A DNA stretch of 64,000 nucleotides from assembly GCA_963725665.1 (NCBI GenBank), contig CAVRZA010000011.1:480001-544000 (forward strand), given 5' to 3'. The notes under the pieces are model-generated. The model saw only the letters and a list, made by a program, of their open reading frames with translations. It ran no database searches and had not been told where the DNA came from. Positions 39,381 to 51,658 of this stretch are shown piece by piece (positions within the stretch are counted from its first letter, which is position 1; each line of letters starts with the position of its first letter). This stretch comes from an uncultured Actinomycetes bacterium (lineage in GTDB: Bacteria; Actinomycetota; Thermoleophilia; UBA2241). Made by a program: the position numbers and the translations under genes.

Positions 39381-40817
39381 ATGGTCGAGTACGAGCAGGT
39401 AGCTCCGTTCACCTACCTGCTGCCGGCCGAGGGCGACATGCGAGTGCCCGGCATCGTCTATGCGAGCGATGAGCTCTTCGCCCAAGCCGGCTCCGACCAG
39501 GCGCTGCAGCAGGTCAGGAATGTGGCCACCCTGCCCGGCATCCTCAAGGCGAGCATCGCCATGCCCGACATCCACTGGGGCTACGGCTTTCCCATCGGCG
39601 GCGTAGCTGCGATGGACGACCGCGATGGCGTGGTCTCGCCGGGAGGGGTCGGCTTCGACATCAACTGCGGCGTGCGACTCGTCAAGACGAACCTGACACG
39701 CGACGAGGTGCAGCCCCGCCTGCAGGAGCTCATGCACGAGATCATGCGCCGCGTTCCCCAGGGGACCGGCGAACGCGGCGTCCTGCGCCTCGACGAGCGC
39801 GAGTTCAGGCGCCTGGTCGAACAGGGCGTGCGCTTCCTCGCCGAGCGCGGTCTGGCCACGGAGGACGACCTCGAGCACACCGAGGAACGAGGAGCGCTGA
39901 GCGGCGCCCACGCCGACGCGGTCACGCAGAAGGCGGTCTCGCGCGGCCATACGCAGGTCGGCAGCCTGGGCTCCGGCAACCACTTCCTCGAGGTCCAGGT
40001 CGTCGCGGAGGTACATGACCACGAGATCGCCGACGTGTTCGGCATCCACGAAGGCCAGGTGGTGGTGATGATCCACACCGGCTCGCGTGGTTTCGGCCAC
40101 CAGGTCTGCACGGACCATCTGGCGCGCATGGCGGCGGCAGCGAGTCGTTACGGCTACGAGCTCCCCGATCGACAGCTCGCCTGCGCACCCGTGCGCTCGC
40201 CGGAGGGACAGGACTACCTGGCGGCCATGGCCTGCGCGGTCGATTTCGCCTTCTGCAACCGCCAGGTGATCATGAACGAGGTGCGCGGCGCCTTCGAGCT
40301 GATCTTCCGACGCGCCTGGCCCAGGCTCGGGATGGAGCTCCTCTACGACGTGGCGCACAACATCGCCAAGCGCGAGGAGCATGTGGTCGACGGAGAGAGG
40401 CGACCGGTCTGGGTGCACCGCAAGGGAGCGACGCGGGCCTACGGCCCCGGCAGCGAGCAGGTCCCCAAAGCCTTCGCTGCGGTCGGCCAGCCGGTCATCA
40501 TCCCCGGCGACATGGGTCGCGAGAGCTGGCTCCTTGCGGGGACCGAGGCGGCCATGCGCGAGACGTGGGGCTCGACCTGTCACGGCGCCGGGCGCCTCAT
40601 GTCGCGAGGGGCGGCGAAGAAGGTCAAGAGCGGCTCCGAGGTGCGGCGCGAGCTCGAGGAGCAGGGGATAGTGGTGAAGGCGGGCTCCACCGCGCTCCTT
40701 GCCGAAGAGGCGCCGTACGCCTACAAGGACGTCTCGGGCGTCGTCGCTGTGGTCGCCGCCGTGGGGCTCTCGCGCAAGGTGGCGCGGCTCAAGCCGCTCG
40801 GAGTGCTCAAGGGCTGA
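39381..40817 (+). CDS. rtcB: RNA-splicing/repair ligase RtcB
   Basis: MPDIHWGYGFPIG, GFDINCG, GSGNHFLE, HTGSRG, HNIAK, HRKGAT, HGAGR, AYKD. Confidence 0.96.
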   Translation: MVEYEQVAPFTYLLPAEGDMRVPGIVYASDELFAQAGSDQALQQVRNVATLPGILKASIAMPDIHWGYGFPIGGVAAMDDRDGVVSPGGVGFDINCGVRLVKTNLTRDEVQPRLQELMHEIMRRVPQGTGERGVLRLDEREFRRLVEQGVRFLAERGLATEDDLEHTEERGALSGAHADAVTQKAVSRGHTQVGSLGSGNHFLEVQVVAEVHDHEIADVFGIHEGQVVVMIHTGSRGFGHQVCTDHLARMAAAASRYGYELPDRQLACAPVRSPEGQDYLAAMACAVDFAFCNRQVIMNEVRGAFELIFRRAWPRLGMELLYDVAHNIAKREEHVVDGERRPVWVHRKGATRAYGPGSEQVPKAFAAVGQPVIIPGDMGRESWLLAGTEAAMRETWGSTCHGAGRLMSRGAAKKVKSGSEVRRELEEQGIVVKAGSTALLAEEAPYAYKDVSGVVAVVAAVGLSRKVARLKPLGVLKG

Positions 40818-40903
40818 CGACGGCGGCCGATCGTGGAGCTCCAAGGTCGGGGCGCATCTACTCTGCCGACAGCGACCTAAAGCGCCCGTCGGCGTCCGTC
40901 GCG

Positions 40904-41212
40904 CTACTGCTGGGTCGCTCCGGTCTTCGTCGCCAGCTCGGCCTTGGTCAGCGTGAGGATGTGCTCGTAGATCTCGCGCAGCCCCTCGCTCGAGAGCGGA
41001 CCGCGGTTGGCGCGCGTCACGAAGGTGAACATCCACTCCTCGCGCTCGGGGTCGTAGAAGTCGACGCCGCGCTCATCCTTGTACTTCTTGAGCTGGGCGA
41101 CGAGCTTGAGGCGCTTGTTGAGGGCGTCAACGATCTTGAGGTCGTTGTCTGAGATCTGCTCGCGGAACTGCTTCATGACGGGGTCGACCTCGCCTGTGGC
41201 CATCTGCGTCAC
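40904..41212 (-). CDS. Chorismate mutase (AroQ)
   Basis: REQISDND...LNKR...K...YDPEREE; 102 aa, helical. Confidence 0.8.
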   Translation of the reverse strand: MTQMATGEVDPVMKQFREQISDNDLKIVDALNKRLKLVAQLKKYKDERGVDFYDPEREEWMFTFVTRANRGPLSSEGLREIYEHILTLTKAELATKTGATQQ

Positions 41213-41216
41213 CCCC

Positions 41217-41756
41217 CTAGTCTTCGTCTTCTTCGGCTTCGTCGTCTTCTTCTTCGCCGCCGACCTCGGCCCCGCGGAAGTCGTCGGGCGTCACCTGGTC
41301 GAGGAACTCGCGGAAATGCTCGACGATCTCCTCGGTGTCGTCGACTTCGTGCTCGAACTCGATGGCGTTCTCGTCGATCAGCTCCTGCGAGGCGAAGATG
41401 GGGGCGTTCGTGCGCACCGCGAGCGCGAGCGCATCGCTGGGGCGCGAGTCGACCTCGATCTCGAGGCCGTCGCGGATGAAGGTGATGAGGGCGTAGAACG
41501 TGTTGTCGCGCAGCTCCGTCACCGTGATGCGCTGCAACTCGGCGTCGAGCTGGTCGACGATGTTGGTGATCAGGTCGTGGGTCATCGGCCGCGGCAGGTT
41601 GGTGCCTTGCATCCTTATGAGGATGGCGGCCGCTTCGGGGTGGCCGATCCAGATGGGCAGGAACTTGTTGCCCTCGACGGTCTTCAGCAAGACGATCGGC
41701 TGCTTGCCGATGACGTCGAAGCTGACCCCGTAGATGACCATTTGCTGCACGCTCAT
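41217..41756 (-). CDS. Bifunctional nuclease family (DUF151)
   Basis: LPIWIG..EA, RPMTHDL, DSRPSDALALA. Confidence 0.92.
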   Translation of the reverse strand: MSVQQMVIYGVSFDVIGKQPIVLLKTVEGNKFLPIWIGHPEAAAILIRMQGTNLPRPMTHDLITNIVDQLDAELQRITVTELRDNTFYALITFIRDGLEIEVDSRPSDALALAVRTNAPIFASQELIDENAIEFEHEVDDTEEIVEHFREFLDQVTPDDFRGAEVGGEEEDDEAEEDED

Positions 41757-41896
41757 GGAACCCAGTATACGACGAACACCTTGCCTCAACACTACTTGTG
41801 CCCCCTGCCCCGAGGTGGGTAATCAGGCCCGCCGCGACCGAGCCCGCGAGGCCTTCGAGGAGGCGCGCGGGCGCCGTCCGGCTAGGACTTCGAGGG

Positions 41897-41943
41897 GGCG
41901 CGGCGGGCGCCCTCGAGCGGGTCTCGAGGGCGCCCGCCGCGCC
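41897..41943. repeat. Perfect 21-bp inverted repeat
   Basis: GGCGCGGCGGGCGCCCTCGAG-cgggt-CTCGAGGGCGCCCGCCGCGCC. Confidence 0.85.
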
Positions 41944-41945
41944 TG

Positions 41946-41974
41946 TTGACAGGCTGCTCACCCGTGCCTAGACT
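41946..41974 (+). promoter_or_regulatory. Sigma70 promoter of the tRNA
   Basis: TTGACA-17-TAGACT, 12 nt before the tRNA. Confidence 0.75.
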
Positions 41975-41986
41975 CCTCTGTCTGCC

Positions 41987-42063
41987 GGGCGCATAGCTCA
42001 GTCGGTTAGAGCGCGTCTCTGATAAGGACGAGGCCCCTGGTTCGAATCCAGGTGCGCCCACCA
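41987..42063 (+). tRNA. tRNA-Ile (GAT)
   Basis: GGGCGCA acceptor stem pairs with TGCGCCC; TAGCTCAG D-arm; CTGATAA anticodon loop; GGTTCGAATCC T-arm; encoded CCA. Confidence 0.97.
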
Positions 42064-42200
42064 TTCGTTTGCGAGGGTTCTTCTCCCAGCGCCGCCCTCG
42101 CCACCTTCTTGCTGCGAGCATCCCGCGTCCCGATCCGGGGAGCACGCGACAACGGCGACAGCCCGGCAGCGTCGAACGTATCGAGCGAAGGGGGTCTTTC

Positions 42201-43370
42201 GTGAGCGACGACATGAAGGACATCGTGGGAGAGGTGAGGCGCGGGCGCATGACGCGGCGCCAGTTCATGGTGCGTGCGGCGGCCGCCGGCCTCTCGGTCG
42301 GCGCGGCCGCCGCCCTCCTCGAGGCGTGCGGCGGGAGCTCGACGAGCCCCTCGGCTTCCCCCTCGGCGCTGGACACGACAAAGCCGGAGAACCTCCACCT
42401 TTACAACTGGCAGAACGAGATCGCCCCCAAGAACAAGACCAACTTCGAGCAGGAGACGGGCGTCAAGATCGTCGAGACCTACTACGACGACAACGAGATG
42501 CTGATCGCCAAGCTCAAGGGGGGCGCCAAGGGCTACGATCTCATCGTACCCTCCGGCTACGCCGTAAGCATCCTCGCCAAGTCGGGCCTGCTCGAGCCGC
42601 TCGACATGTCACTCATCCCGGGCTTCACCAACCTGAACGCCAAGTTCCAGAAGCCGGCGTACGATCCCGGCACGGACGGCACCAAGTACAGCGTGCCCTG
42701 GCTGTGGGGGACGGCAGGCATCGCCATGCGCACCGACAAGCTGACGGGCGATGGCGGCATCGTCGACATGAAGGAGCCGTCCTGGGGGGTCTTGTGGGAA
42801 GAGCGCTACAAGGGCCAGATCGACATGCTGAACGACGAGCGCGAGACGATCGGCGCGGCGCTTAAGCTCTTGGGCTACTCGCTCAATTCGACCGATCAGG
42901 CCCAGCTCGATCAGGCGACGCAGAAGCTGATCGATCAGAAGCCCCTGGTGCGCGCCTACGACTCGCTGAACATGAAACGCAACATCGTCGCCGGCGTGCC
43001 GCTCGTGCACACCTGGAACGGCGACGCCAGTCTGGCGGCCGATGCTCTGGGCGCGGACAAGGTCTTCTACGGGCTTCCCACGGAGGGCTACACCATCTGG
43101 GTCGACAACCTGGCCATACCGGTCGGCGCCCCAAGCCCGTATTGGGCGCACAAGTTCATCGACTTCATGTGCCAGCCGCAGAACGCGGCCGACCTCGTGA
43201 ACTACGTACAGTATCTCTCGCCCAACGACGCCGCGACGCCCTACGTCGACAAGGCGATCATCGCCGACACGCCGAAGGGGGAGGTACTCGCGCGCGGTGA
43301 GTTTCAGGACGACCTGGGCGCCTTCGAGACGCAGTGGGGGCAGGCGTGGCAGCAGGTGAAGAGCGCCTGA
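42201..43370 (+). CDS. PotD/PotF-like polyamine-binding lipoprotein with twin-arginine signal (copy 1)
   Basis: MTRRQF, LEAC lipobox, LYNW, YDLIVPS, YSVPW.WG, WVDNLAIP. Confidence 0.9.
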   Translation: MSDDMKDIVGEVRRGRMTRRQFMVRAAAAGLSVGAAAALLEACGGSSTSPSASPSALDTTKPENLHLYNWQNEIAPKNKTNFEQETGVKIVETYYDDNEMLIAKLKGGAKGYDLIVPSGYAVSILAKSGLLEPLDMSLIPGFTNLNAKFQKPAYDPGTDGTKYSVPWLWGTAGIAMRTDKLTGDGGIVDMKEPSWGVLWEERYKGQIDMLNDERETIGAALKLLGYSLNSTDQAQLDQATQKLIDQKPLVRAYDSLNMKRNIVAGVPLVHTWNGDASLAADALGADKVFYGLPTEGYTIWVDNLAIPVGAPSPYWAHKFIDFMCQPQNAADLVNYVQYLSPNDAATPYVDKAIIADTPKGEVLARGEFQDDLGAFETQWGQAWQQVKSA

Positions 43371-43405
43371 CGACTCTCGGGGGCGAAGTGCGACCGACGC
43401 ATCTG

Positions 43406-43438
43406 TGACTCCGCTTCGTCTGAAACGAAGGGGAGTCA
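43406..43438 (+). terminator. Hairpin after potD copy 1 (possible terminator)
   Basis: TGACTCCgCTTCGT-ctgaa-ACGAAGgGGAGTCA; no U-tract. Confidence 0.5.
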
Positions 43439-43564
43439 GCAGCGACCGGCGCCTCGGCGCTACGATGCGGAGCAGCGGAGATTGCTGCATAATACTCTTA
43501 GGAGGCGTGGGGTGCGTCTGGGACGTCGTCTCCAAGATCGGTACCTTGTAAAGGGGGTCACCGC

Positions 43565-44758
43565 ATGAACGACAGAGACCTCGAAGGCCTCATTCAAGAA
43601 GTCAGATACGGGCGCATCAGCCGCCGGCAGTTCATGGAGCGGGCGCTGGTGATGGGGCTGACGGTGAGCGGGGTCGCGACCGTGCTTGCCGCTTGCGGCT
43701 CGGGCACGACCTCCTCGTCGACCACCGCGGCCAGCCCGACGCTGCCGCCGATGGGAGAGGGCGGCGACACGTTGCACCTCTACAACTGGTCCGACTACAT
43801 GGACCCGGCGACGAAGACGAAGTTCACCAAGGCCACCGGCATCAAGGTCACCGAGACGTTCTTCGACGACAACGAGGCTCTGCGCTCCAAGCTCCAGGCT
43901 GGAGCCAGGGGCTACGACGTCATCGTGCCCTCGGACTACATGGTGCACATCCTGCTGAAGTCGCAGCTCCTTGAGCCGCTCGACATGACGGCCATCCCCA
44001 ACTTCGCCAACGTGGGCGAGAAGTTCCTGAAGCCGGTCTTCGACAACCCCGACGAGAACGGCGGCGCCAAGTACAGCGTCCCCTATCAGTGGGGCCAGAC
44101 GGGCGTGTCGCAGCGCCTCGACAAGATCCCGACGGAGATCACCAAGTGGGCCGACCTCTGGAATCCGGTGTACAAGAACCAGATCTACATGCTCAACGAC
44201 GAACGCGAGACGATGGGTGTCGGCCTGATGAAGATCACCCAGGACCCGAAGAGCATCAACTCGACCGACCAGGCGACCATCGACAAGGCGGTGCAGGAGC
44301 TCATCACGCAGAAGGCGCTCATCCGCGGCTACGACTCCGTGAACATGAAGCGCAACATCGTCGCCGGCACGCCGCTCATCCACTGCTGGAACGGCGACAT
44401 CATCCTGGCCTTGAACAGCGGCCTCGACCCGAAGAAGGTCACCCTGATAGCCTGCGAAGAGGGCATCCCGCTGTTCGTAGACAACCTTGCCATACCGGTC
44501 GGGGCGCCCAACCGCAAGGCCGCGCACATGTTCCTGAACTTCATCCTCGACCTGAAGGTGGGCGCCGCGAACACGGCCTGGGTCGGCTACTACTCGCCGC
44601 TGCCGGAGGCGGTACCGCTTGTCGACAAGATCGACCCCAACGTGATGCGCTACGTCCCCGATCAGCAGCTGGTCAACGACAAGGGCGCGTTCTACGAGGA
44701 CCTGGGTGCGTTCGCCGAGATCTACACCAGCGCCTGGACCAAGGTGAAGAGCGCGTAG
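43565..44758 (+). CDS. PotD/PotF-like polyamine-binding lipoprotein with twin-arginine signal (copy 2)
   Basis: ISRRQF, LAAC lipobox, LYNWSDY, YDVIVPSDY, YSVPYQWG. Confidence 0.92.
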   Translation: MNDRDLEGLIQEVRYGRISRRQFMERALVMGLTVSGVATVLAACGSGTTSSSTTAASPTLPPMGEGGDTLHLYNWSDYMDPATKTKFTKATGIKVTETFFDDNEALRSKLQAGARGYDVIVPSDYMVHILLKSQLLEPLDMTAIPNFANVGEKFLKPVFDNPDENGGAKYSVPYQWGQTGVSQRLDKIPTEITKWADLWNPVYKNQIYMLNDERETMGVGLMKITQDPKSINSTDQATIDKAVQELITQKALIRGYDSVNMKRNIVAGTPLIHCWNGDIILALNSGLDPKKVTLIACEEGIPLFVDNLAIPVGAPNRKAAHMFLNFILDLKVGAANTAWVGYYSPLPEAVPLVDKIDPNVMRYVPDQQLVNDKGAFYEDLGAFAEIYTSAWTKVKSA

Positions 44759-44783
44759 GGCCGTTCCTCCAGATCTGGCGTTG

Positions 44784-44817
44784 TGCGACGGGCGAGCCGT
44801 GAGGCTCGCCCGTCGCA
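44784..44817 (+). terminator. 15-bp hairpin with GTGA loop after potD copy 2
   Basis: TGCGACGGGCGAGCC-gtga-GGCTCGCCCGTCGCA. Confidence 0.6.
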
Positions 44818-44952
44818 TTCCCGGTCGTGCGGTCGGCGGCGCCGCGCGGCGCGCCGTGGTGCCGGCAGCGCTCGGCCCGTCGCGCGTCGCGTTGCCGCCA
44901 CGTGAGCGACCGTGGTAAAGTTCCGCCGGCCGAGGAAGAGATGAGGCACGCT

Positions 44953-45050
44953 CGGACGAAGGCCGCGCGAGAGCCGGGTAGACGAGACCGGCGCCGAAGG
45001 GGCAAGGCGCTATGGGCGCTGAAACTCTCAGGCCAACGGATCGCGGCCGG
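44953..45050 (+). ncRNA. Glycine riboswitch (single aptamer)
   Basis: GGAC leader, P1 GGCCGCG/CGCGGCC, GAGA, CGCCGAAGG.GCAA, AAACTCTCAGG; upstream of gcvH. Confidence 0.88.
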
Positions 45051-45100
45051 ACGAGACCCTGGACCGGGGCTCCGGCTCGAAGATGGCCGGGACCAGAGGC

Positions 45101-45144
45101 GAGACAGGGACGGCGCCAGCGGGCGACGCCCTGTCTCTTTCTTT
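45101..45144 (+). terminator. Riboswitch expression-platform terminator
   Basis: GAGACAGGG...CCCTGTCTC followed by TTTCTTT. Confidence 0.75.
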
Positions 45145-45201
45145 GCTCCGGCAGCGCATGTGGTTGCAGGCACCGGCCCGCGAGGACGACTGGAGGAGCC
45201 C

Positions 45202-45594
45202 ATGACCGACGAGAGCTATCCGGGTGAGCTGAAGTACTACAAGGAGCACGACTGGGTTCGTGTCGAAGACGACGAAGCCGTCTTCGGCATCAGCTGGTTC
45301 GCACAGGACGCCCTCGGCGAGATCGTCTACGTGTCGCTGCCCGAGGCGGGTGATGCGGTGCACGAGGGCGCGAAGTACGGGGAGCTCGAGTCTGTGAAGG
45401 CCGTCTCGGACATCTTCGCCCCCCTCGGCGGCGAGGTGGTCGCCGTCAACGACCGGCTCAACGACGAGCCCGGTATCATCAACGAGGATCCCTACGGCGA
45501 GGGCTGGATCGCGAGGGTGCGCATGAGCGACCGCTCCCAGCTCGACGGCCTCATGGACGCCGACGCCTACAGGCGGTTCCTGACGGAAGCCTGA
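45202..45594 (+). CDS. gcvH: Glycine cleavage system H protein
   Basis: EHDWV, AQDALGEIVYV, ESVKAVSD (lipoyl Lys), INEDPYGEGW. Confidence 0.96.
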   Translation: MTDESYPGELKYYKEHDWVRVEDDEAVFGISWFAQDALGEIVYVSLPEAGDAVHEGAKYGELESVKAVSDIFAPLGGEVVAVNDRLNDEPGIINEDPYGEGWIARVRMSDRSQLDGLMDADAYRRFLTEA

Positions 45595-45647
45595 CCGGCG
45601 CAAGGCGCTCTGCCGGCGCGACGGTCACGACGAGGAGGAGGCCAGCG

Positions 45648-47045
45648 ACGGACTACGTTCCGCACTCCGATGAGGACCTGCAGGCGATGCTCGCCGCGGT
45701 CGGCGTCTCGTCGATCGACGAGCTCTTCGCCGACATCCCCGAGGAGGTCCGCCTGCGTAACGGCCTCGACCTGCCTCCCGCTCTCGCCGAGGCGGAGCTC
45801 GAGGCCGCGCTCGAGGAGCTCGCGAGCAAGAACACGCCGGCGACGAGGTCGATCTCGTTCCTCGGCGCCGGCGCGTACGACCATTACGTGCCGGCCGTCG
45901 TCGACGCGATCACCGGCCGCTCCGAGTTCTACACCGCCTACACGCCCTATCAGCCGGAACGCAGCCAGGGCGTGCTGCAGGCGATCTTCGAGTACCAGAC
46001 GGCCGTCTGCGAGCTCACCGCGCTCGAGGTGAGCAACGCATCGCTCTACGACGGGGCGACGGCGCTGGCCGAGGCGGCCTTCATGGCGCACGCGGAGACG
46101 CGGCGCGCGAAGGTCGTCGTCTCGGGGACTCTGCATCCCGAGTACCGGCAGGTGCTCGTCACCGAGACGCGCGGGCTCGGTCTCGAGATCGTCGAGGTCG
46201 GGCGCGACGGCGGCGGGCTGACCGACACGGCCGCGCTGCGCGCGGCCGTCGACGAGCAGACCGCCGCCGTCGCGCTCCAGCAGCCCAACTTCTTCGGCGG
46301 CCTCGAGGACATGGCGGCCGCCGCCCAGCTCGCTCACGACGCCGGCGCCCTCTTCGTCGCCGTCGTCGATCCCCTCTCGCTCGGTGTGCTCGCGCCGCCG
46401 GGCGAGTACGGCGCCGACGTCGCCGTGGGTGAGGGTCAGGCGATGGGCAACTACCTCAACTTCGGGGGCCCTTACCTGGGCTTCATGGGCGCGCGCGAGA
46501 AGCTGCTGCGGCGCATGCCGGGGCGCATCGTGGGCGAGACCGTCGACATAGAAGGCAGGCGCGGCTTCGTGCTCACGCTGCAGACGCGCGAGCAGCACAT
46601 CCGCCGCGAACGCGCGACCTCGAACATCTGCTCCAACCAGGCGCTCAACGCGCTCGGGGCCCTCGTCTACCTCTCCTGGCTCGGCAAGGCCGGGCTGCCG
46701 GAGCTGGGCGAGCTCTGCGCGCGCAAGGCCGACTACCTGCGCGGCCGGCTGCTCGAGCTGCCCGGCGTCGAGGCGTTCACCACGGGTCCCGTCTTGCGTG
46801 AGTTCGCAGTGACCCTGCCGAGGCCGGCCTCCGAGGTCATCAGCGCGCTCGCTCCCGCGGGCTTTCTCGCCGGGGTCTCGGTCGGACGTTGGTGGCCGGA
46901 GCTCGAGCGGGTGTTGCTGGTGGCCGTCACCGAGCGACGCACGCGCCAGCAGATGGATGCGTTCGCCGACGCGCTCGGTCGGCTGCTCGCGCCGCCCGCC
47001 GCGGCGGGTGCGTCCGCCGACACGGAGGAGGTGTCCCGTGGCTGA
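45648..47045 (+). CDS. gcvPA: Glycine dehydrogenase subunit 1 (apparent ACG start)
   Basis: DYVPHS, FLGAGAY, YTAYTPYQPE.SQG, NASLYDG, TREQHIRRERATSNICSNQ. Confidence 0.94.
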   Translation, partial: TDYVPHSDEDLQAMLAAVGVSSIDELFADIPEEVRLRNGLDLPPALAEAELEAALEELASKNTPATRSISFLGAGAYDHYVPAVVDAITGRSEFYTAYTPYQPERSQGVLQAIFEYQTAVCELTALEVSNASLYDGATALAEAAFMAHAETRRAKVVVSGTLHPEYRQVLVTETRGLGLEIVEVGRDGGGLTDTAALRAAVDEQTAAVALQQPNFFGGLEDMAAAAQLAHDAGALFVAVVDPLSLGVLAPPGEYGADVAVGEGQAMGNYLNFGGPYLGFMGAREKLLRRMPGRIVGETVDIEGRRGFVLTLQTREQHIRRERATSNICSNQALNALGALVYLSWLGKAGLPELGELCARKADYLRGRLLELPGVEAFTTGPVLREFAVTLPRPASEVISALAPAGFLAGVSVGRWWPELERVLLVAVTERRTRQQMDAFADALGRLLAPPAAAGASADTEEVSRG

Positions 47046-48542
47046 CACGATCTACGAGATGTCGTGCTGCGGCAGGCGGGCCTCGGCGCTGCCGGCGCTC
47101 GACGTGCCGGCGCGGCCGCTCGACGAGCTCGTCCCTGTGTCCCTGCGCCGGAAGGCCCCGGCCCGCCTGCCCGAAGTGTCGGAGATCGATCTCGTGCGCC
47201 ACTTCACCGAGCTCTCGCGGCGCGACTACGGGGTCGATGAGGGCACCTATCCCCTGGGCTCCTGCACGATGAAGTACAACCCCAAGGTCAACGAACGCGT
47301 GGCGGCGTTCGAGGGCCTGCGCGGGCTGCACCCCTACGAACCGGATGAGCTCGTGCAGGGTGCGCTGCAGCTCCTCTATGAGCTGGGCGGGTTCCTCGCC
47401 GAGATCGCCGGTCTGCACGAGACGACCCTGCAGCCGGCGGCTGGAGCCCACGGCGAGCTCACCGGTCTGCTCCTCGCGAAGGCCTACCACGACGCGCGCG
47501 GCGACGATCCCAAGAAGGTCATCATCCCCGACACCGCGCACGGGACGAACCCGGCCTCGGTGACGATGGTCGGCTACGAGGTCGTGGCGGTGAGAAGCGA
47601 CGACCGCGGCGGCATCGACCTCGACGATCTGCGCGCCAAGGCCGCGCCCGGAGAGCTCGCCTGCCTGATGGTGACCAACCCGAACACGCTGGGGCTCTTC
47701 GACGAGCACATCGTCGACATCGCGCGCATCGTCCACGAGGCCGGGGGGCTGCTCTACTACGACGGCGCCAACGCCAATGCCGTCCTCGGGCGCTCGCGCC
47801 CCGGCGACATGGGTTTCGACATCGTCCACTTCAACACGCACAAGACGTTCTCCACGCCGCACGGCGGCGGGGGTCCCGGCGCGGGGCCGATCGTGGTGCG
47901 CGACACGCTCGCTCCGTTCCTGCCTGTTCCCGTCGTCGTGCGCGAGGGCGAAGGCGACGCGGCGCGCTACCGACTGGACTACGAACGGCCGCGGTCGATC
48001 GGCAAGGTGCGGTCGTTCTACGGCAGCTTCGGCGTGCTCGTGCGCGCCTACGCCTACATACGCGGTCTGGGACCGGAGGGACTCAAGCGTGTGAGCGACG
48101 CGGCGGTGCTCAACGCCAACTACGTGCTCGAGGGCATCCGCGACCTGTTCGAGGTGCCCTACGACCGCCGCTGCATGCACGAGTTCGTCGTCTCCGGCGT
48201 GCCCCTCAAGGAGCACGACGTAAAGACGCTCGACTTCGCCAAGCGGCTCCTCGACTACGGGGTGCACCCCCCGACCGTGTACTTCCCGCTCATCGTGCGC
48301 GAAGCGCTCATGGTCGAGCCCACCGACACCGAGTCGAGGCCGGCCCTCGACGCGTTGATCGAGAAGATGCGCCTGGTCGTCGAGGAGGCGAGCACCGACG
48401 CGTCGCTGCTCACCGAAGCGCCGGTGACGATGCCCGTGCGCCGACTCGACGAGGTGCGGGCGGCGCGCCAGCCTGTGGTGCGGCAGCGGTTTGCGGACGA
48501 CGGGACCGCGGCGGCCGGCGCGGGCGACGAGGCGGTCCGGCC

Positions 48543-48546
<4 letters not shown>
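47038..48546 (+). CDS. gcvPB: Glycine dehydrogenase subunit 2
   Basis: PLGSCTMKYNPK, AHGTNPAS, HKTFSTPHGGGGPG, HPPTVYFP. Confidence 0.96.
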
Positions 48547-50707
<2,161 letters not shown>

Positions 50708-50711
<4 letters not shown>

Positions 50712-51637
50712 GCGATCACTCGGCGGCGTTGCCTTCGCCCGCGATGTCCCCGTCGGAGGCGCCCTCGCCACGCAAGCCCACGTGGCTGAAGCGCTCGCTG
50801 CCGCAGGCGCCCGCCTACCGAGCCACGGCGGCTCTTCTCGAGGACCTGGAGCTGCGCACGGTCTGTCAGGAGGCGCGCTGCCCCAACAAGGGCGAGTGCT
50901 TCTCGTCGGGCACGGCCACCTTCCTCATCCTTGGCGACCGCTGCACGCGCGACTGTCGCTTCTGTTCGGTCGCGCACGGCGACGCGGCGCCGGTCGACGA
51001 AGAGGAGCCGCGCCGCGTCGCCGAAGCTGCACGACGGCTCGGTCTGCGCCACGTGGTCGTCACCAGCGTGACCCGCGACGACCTGCCCGACGGCGGGGCG
51101 GGACAGTTCGCGGCCACCATTGAGGCGCTGCGCGCGGAGGTACCTGAGGCCACGATCGAGGTGCTGGTGCCCGACTTCGGCGGCGAGGACGCGGCCCTCG
51201 GCCGCGTCCTCGCCGCCCATCCGGATGTGCTTAACCACAACCTCGAGACGGTGCCGCGCCTCTATCCTGTCGTGCGGCCGGGAGCCGACTACGAGCGGTC
51301 GCTGGCTCTGCTGCGCACGGCTGCCGAATCGCGCACGGGGTTCCCCACGCCCGCATGCAACGGCACCGACCGGCCCGTCATCAAGACCGGTCTCATGGTC
51401 GGCCTCGGCGAACGCATCGAGGAGGTCCACGCGGTGCTGCGCGACTGCGCCGCCGCCGGGGTCGACGTGGTGACCGTGGGACAGTACCTACGGCCGGCCC
51501 GCGACCGTCTACCGGTCGAGCGCTACTGGACGCCGGAGGAGTTCGCCGAGCTCGAGCAGGTGGGCGCGGCGATGAGGCTGCGCCTCATCGCCGCGCCCTT
51601 CGTGCGCTCCTCATACCGCGCCGGCGAGCTGCTCTGA
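50708..51637 (+). CDS. lipA: Lipoyl synthase
   Basis: [41 protein letters not shown]. Confidence 0.95.
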
Positions 51638-51658
51638 CCGGGGCGGGGCTAGCCGCAT

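Noticed and set aside
41987-42063. tRNA as an integration site for an island
   Set aside because: No integrase and no duplicated tRNA 3' end seen in the window
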